Assembly (NCBI RefSeq): GCF_006345805.1
Contig: NW_021827733.1
Coordinates: forward strand, 1 to 9,872
Source of the DNA: Octopus sinensis
Lineage: Eukaryota
Reading direction: 5' to 3'
Length of the DNA stretch: 9,872 bases
In this document: positions 8,437-9,872 of the stretch, in pieces
How positions within the stretch are numbered: position 1 is the first letter of the stretch
How the letters are laid out: every line of letters starts with the position of its first letter
Translations under genes and position numbers: made by a program
Notes under the pieces: model-generated
Databases searched by the model: none
What the model was told of the DNA's origin: nothing
Seen by the model: only the letters and a program-made list of their open reading frames with translations

Positions 8437-8652
8437 CGACAACGACGCCAACGACGGTGATAATGTTGATGACCATGATGATGATGATGATGACGACGAT
8501 GATGATGATGATGATGATGATGGTGGTGGTGATGATGATGTTGATAAACAGGATAGAGAAAGAGAAGGAAAAGGTTGATGCGAGGGACGACGTGATGGAT
8601 GATGACGATGATGACATTTAAGATGATGACGATGATGATGATGATGATGATG
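8271..8652. repeat. Compound (GAC)/(GAT)n trinucleotide array with GGT and AAC variants
   Basis: Directly visible. (GGT)3 at 8522-8530. Confidence 0.95.
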
Positions 8653-8805
8653 AGCAGGTGAAAGTGTGTTGTGATGATAATATTGGTGATTGGTTATGAG
8701 GGCGATGGTGACGCAGAGAGAAAGAAACGACTTCTTCAGTTAAAGTTATTACGCCCTCTCTCTCTCACCCCTTCTTACTTTCTTACTGTAACTGAACATC
8801 TATCT

Positions 8806-9054
8806 ACACACACGCGCGCATGCACACACACACACACACACACGCACATATATATATATACAATATACATACATATATAAGTATATATACATATGCATGT
8901 GCAATATATATGTACATACATGGTGTGTGTGTGTAACGTGTATATATATATACATATATATATATATAATATATATGTATGTAATATTTATATTATATAT
9001 ATATATTATTATATATATATAATATATATGTATGTATGTATATATATATATATA
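8806..9054. repeat. Compound (CA)/(CG)/(TA)/(TG) microsatellite block
   Basis: Directly visible. Confidence 0.95.
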
Positions 9055-9179
9055 CTCGACAACATGGCGCGGGAAGATGACAGACCTCATTCGTATGTTT
9101 TGAATTCGTTGGTACTGGTCATTGGATATAGTTTGTCTGATACTATTTTGAATTGGATAGATATGTTCAATTTTTTCAG

Positions 9180-9287
9180 TGCTCTCAAATTTAAAATCGT
9201 GGAATCCTGTGCTGAGAAGGAAAATGTTTGGGTGCAGTATGATTTTTACATTCTTCTTACCGATCTAATTCCGAAACGCGTCCACAG
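9180..9287 (+). other. Candidate 108-nt exon (phase 2-2), ALKFKIVESCAEKENVWVQYDFYILLTDLIPKRVH
   Basis: Acceptor TTCAATTTTTTCAG|T (AG at 9178-9179) and donor CAG|GTAATC (9288). Only one frame is open. Protein not recognised. Confidence 0.22.
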
Positions 9288-9561
9288 GTAATCAAATACC
9301 GAGTGAATTTCGTTATTTTTCCTCTCTGTCTACGTGGGTTATTTTGAGTATTTTGTTGTCCGGGAGTTTCTTCTTATAGTAGAATGAAATAGCTAAGGTT
9401 CTTTGGCTGCTATTTCTAAAGTTCGGTATGGGGTAAAGCAAATTTTTGCTGAACCGTAATTAAAATTATACCCATAATTATAAAATATTGTATATATATA
9501 TATAATAGAAATATTAAAATAACTAAGTCTCTCTAAAAGAGAACAGCGGCAGCGTTCCCGG

Positions 9562-9785
9562 AAAATAATAGTTATCGCCATACTAATATGGCATTCTTAT
9601 AAAAATAAGAAAAAAGCTGTCCGTTTATTAGCATATTCACCATCTACTTGTTCGAAGGTTATATGGATACAGTTTGCGTATCAAATAGCTAACTTAAGGC
9701 GATGGCCTCATGGAGCTAATAAGCGGACAGCTTTTTTCTTATTTTTATAAGAATGCCATATTAGTATGGCGATAACTATTATTTT
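9562..9785. mobile_element. Fold-back/MITE-like element: 71-bp inverted repeats (70/71 match) around an 82-bp spacer
   Basis: 9562-9632 is the reverse complement of 9715-9785 except T9624/G9723. No TSD is evident. The inverted repeat itself is certain; the MITE identity is inferred. Confidence 0.6.
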
Positions 9786-9843
9786 ATATATATATATATA
9801 TATATATAATAAATATATAATATATCATATATATATATACATA
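9786..9843. repeat. (TA)n tract
   Basis: Directly visible. A second (TA)7 lies at 9491-9504. Confidence 0.95.
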
Positions 9844-9872
9844 TGGCCTGTTCGCTTAGCCAGGGGTGGCGT
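9844..9872 (+). mobile_element. Possible start of another interspersed-repeat (SINE-like) fragment, cut by the window end
   Basis: GGCCTGTTCGCTTAGCCAGGGGTGGCGT is an abrupt GC-rich switch resembling an octopus repeat I recall. Only 29 nt are visible. Confidence 0.25.

Noticed and set aside
4071-9090. Many ORFs of 60-165 aa with poly-His, poly-Asp, poly-Met, poly-Ile, YI/HT/CV repeats (e.g. 5398-5847, 5877-6209, 6750-7247, 8234-8617)
   Set aside because: They are direct translations of microsatellites that lack stop codons in those frames. There is no unique domain content.
9386-9416. 8-bp inverted repeat GAAATAGC/GCTATTTC, possibly part of an octopus repeat
   Set aside because: Too short to assign; AT-rich stems of this size arise by chance.
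1-9872. CRISPR array, tRNA or rRNA genes, prokaryotic operon
   Set aside because: No repeat-spacer periodicity. The tRNA-like B boxes belong to decayed SINEs without a full cloverleaf. Composition is eukaryotic non-coding.

Overview
Eukaryotic, non-genic (intergenic or intronic) AT-rich DNA. It is most likely from a coleoid cephalopod such as Octopus; this is inferred from the SINE family shapes as I recall them and from the extreme simple-repeat density. I can support no intact gene, and nearly all supplied ORFs are translations of microsatellites. The window has two parts. (1) About 1-3600 is a transposon graveyard: the 3' half of a hairpin-rich SINE, three decayed tRNA-derived SINE copies, a decayed Penelope-like remnant with a GIY-YIG motif (minus strand, absent from the ORF track), a structurally complete 360-bp non-autonomous Helitron, a 5'-truncated L1/Tx1-type LINE 3' end running directly into (TCTA)18, and a mariner transposase C-terminus with a decayed TIR. 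(2) About 4080-9872 is nearly half microsatellite, with short unique islands. Two islands carry exon-like splice signals. Near the end is a near-perfect 71-bp inverted repeat, with two small hairpins nested in each arm, lying between (TA)n tracts. Family assignments rest on motif recognition, not database searches.
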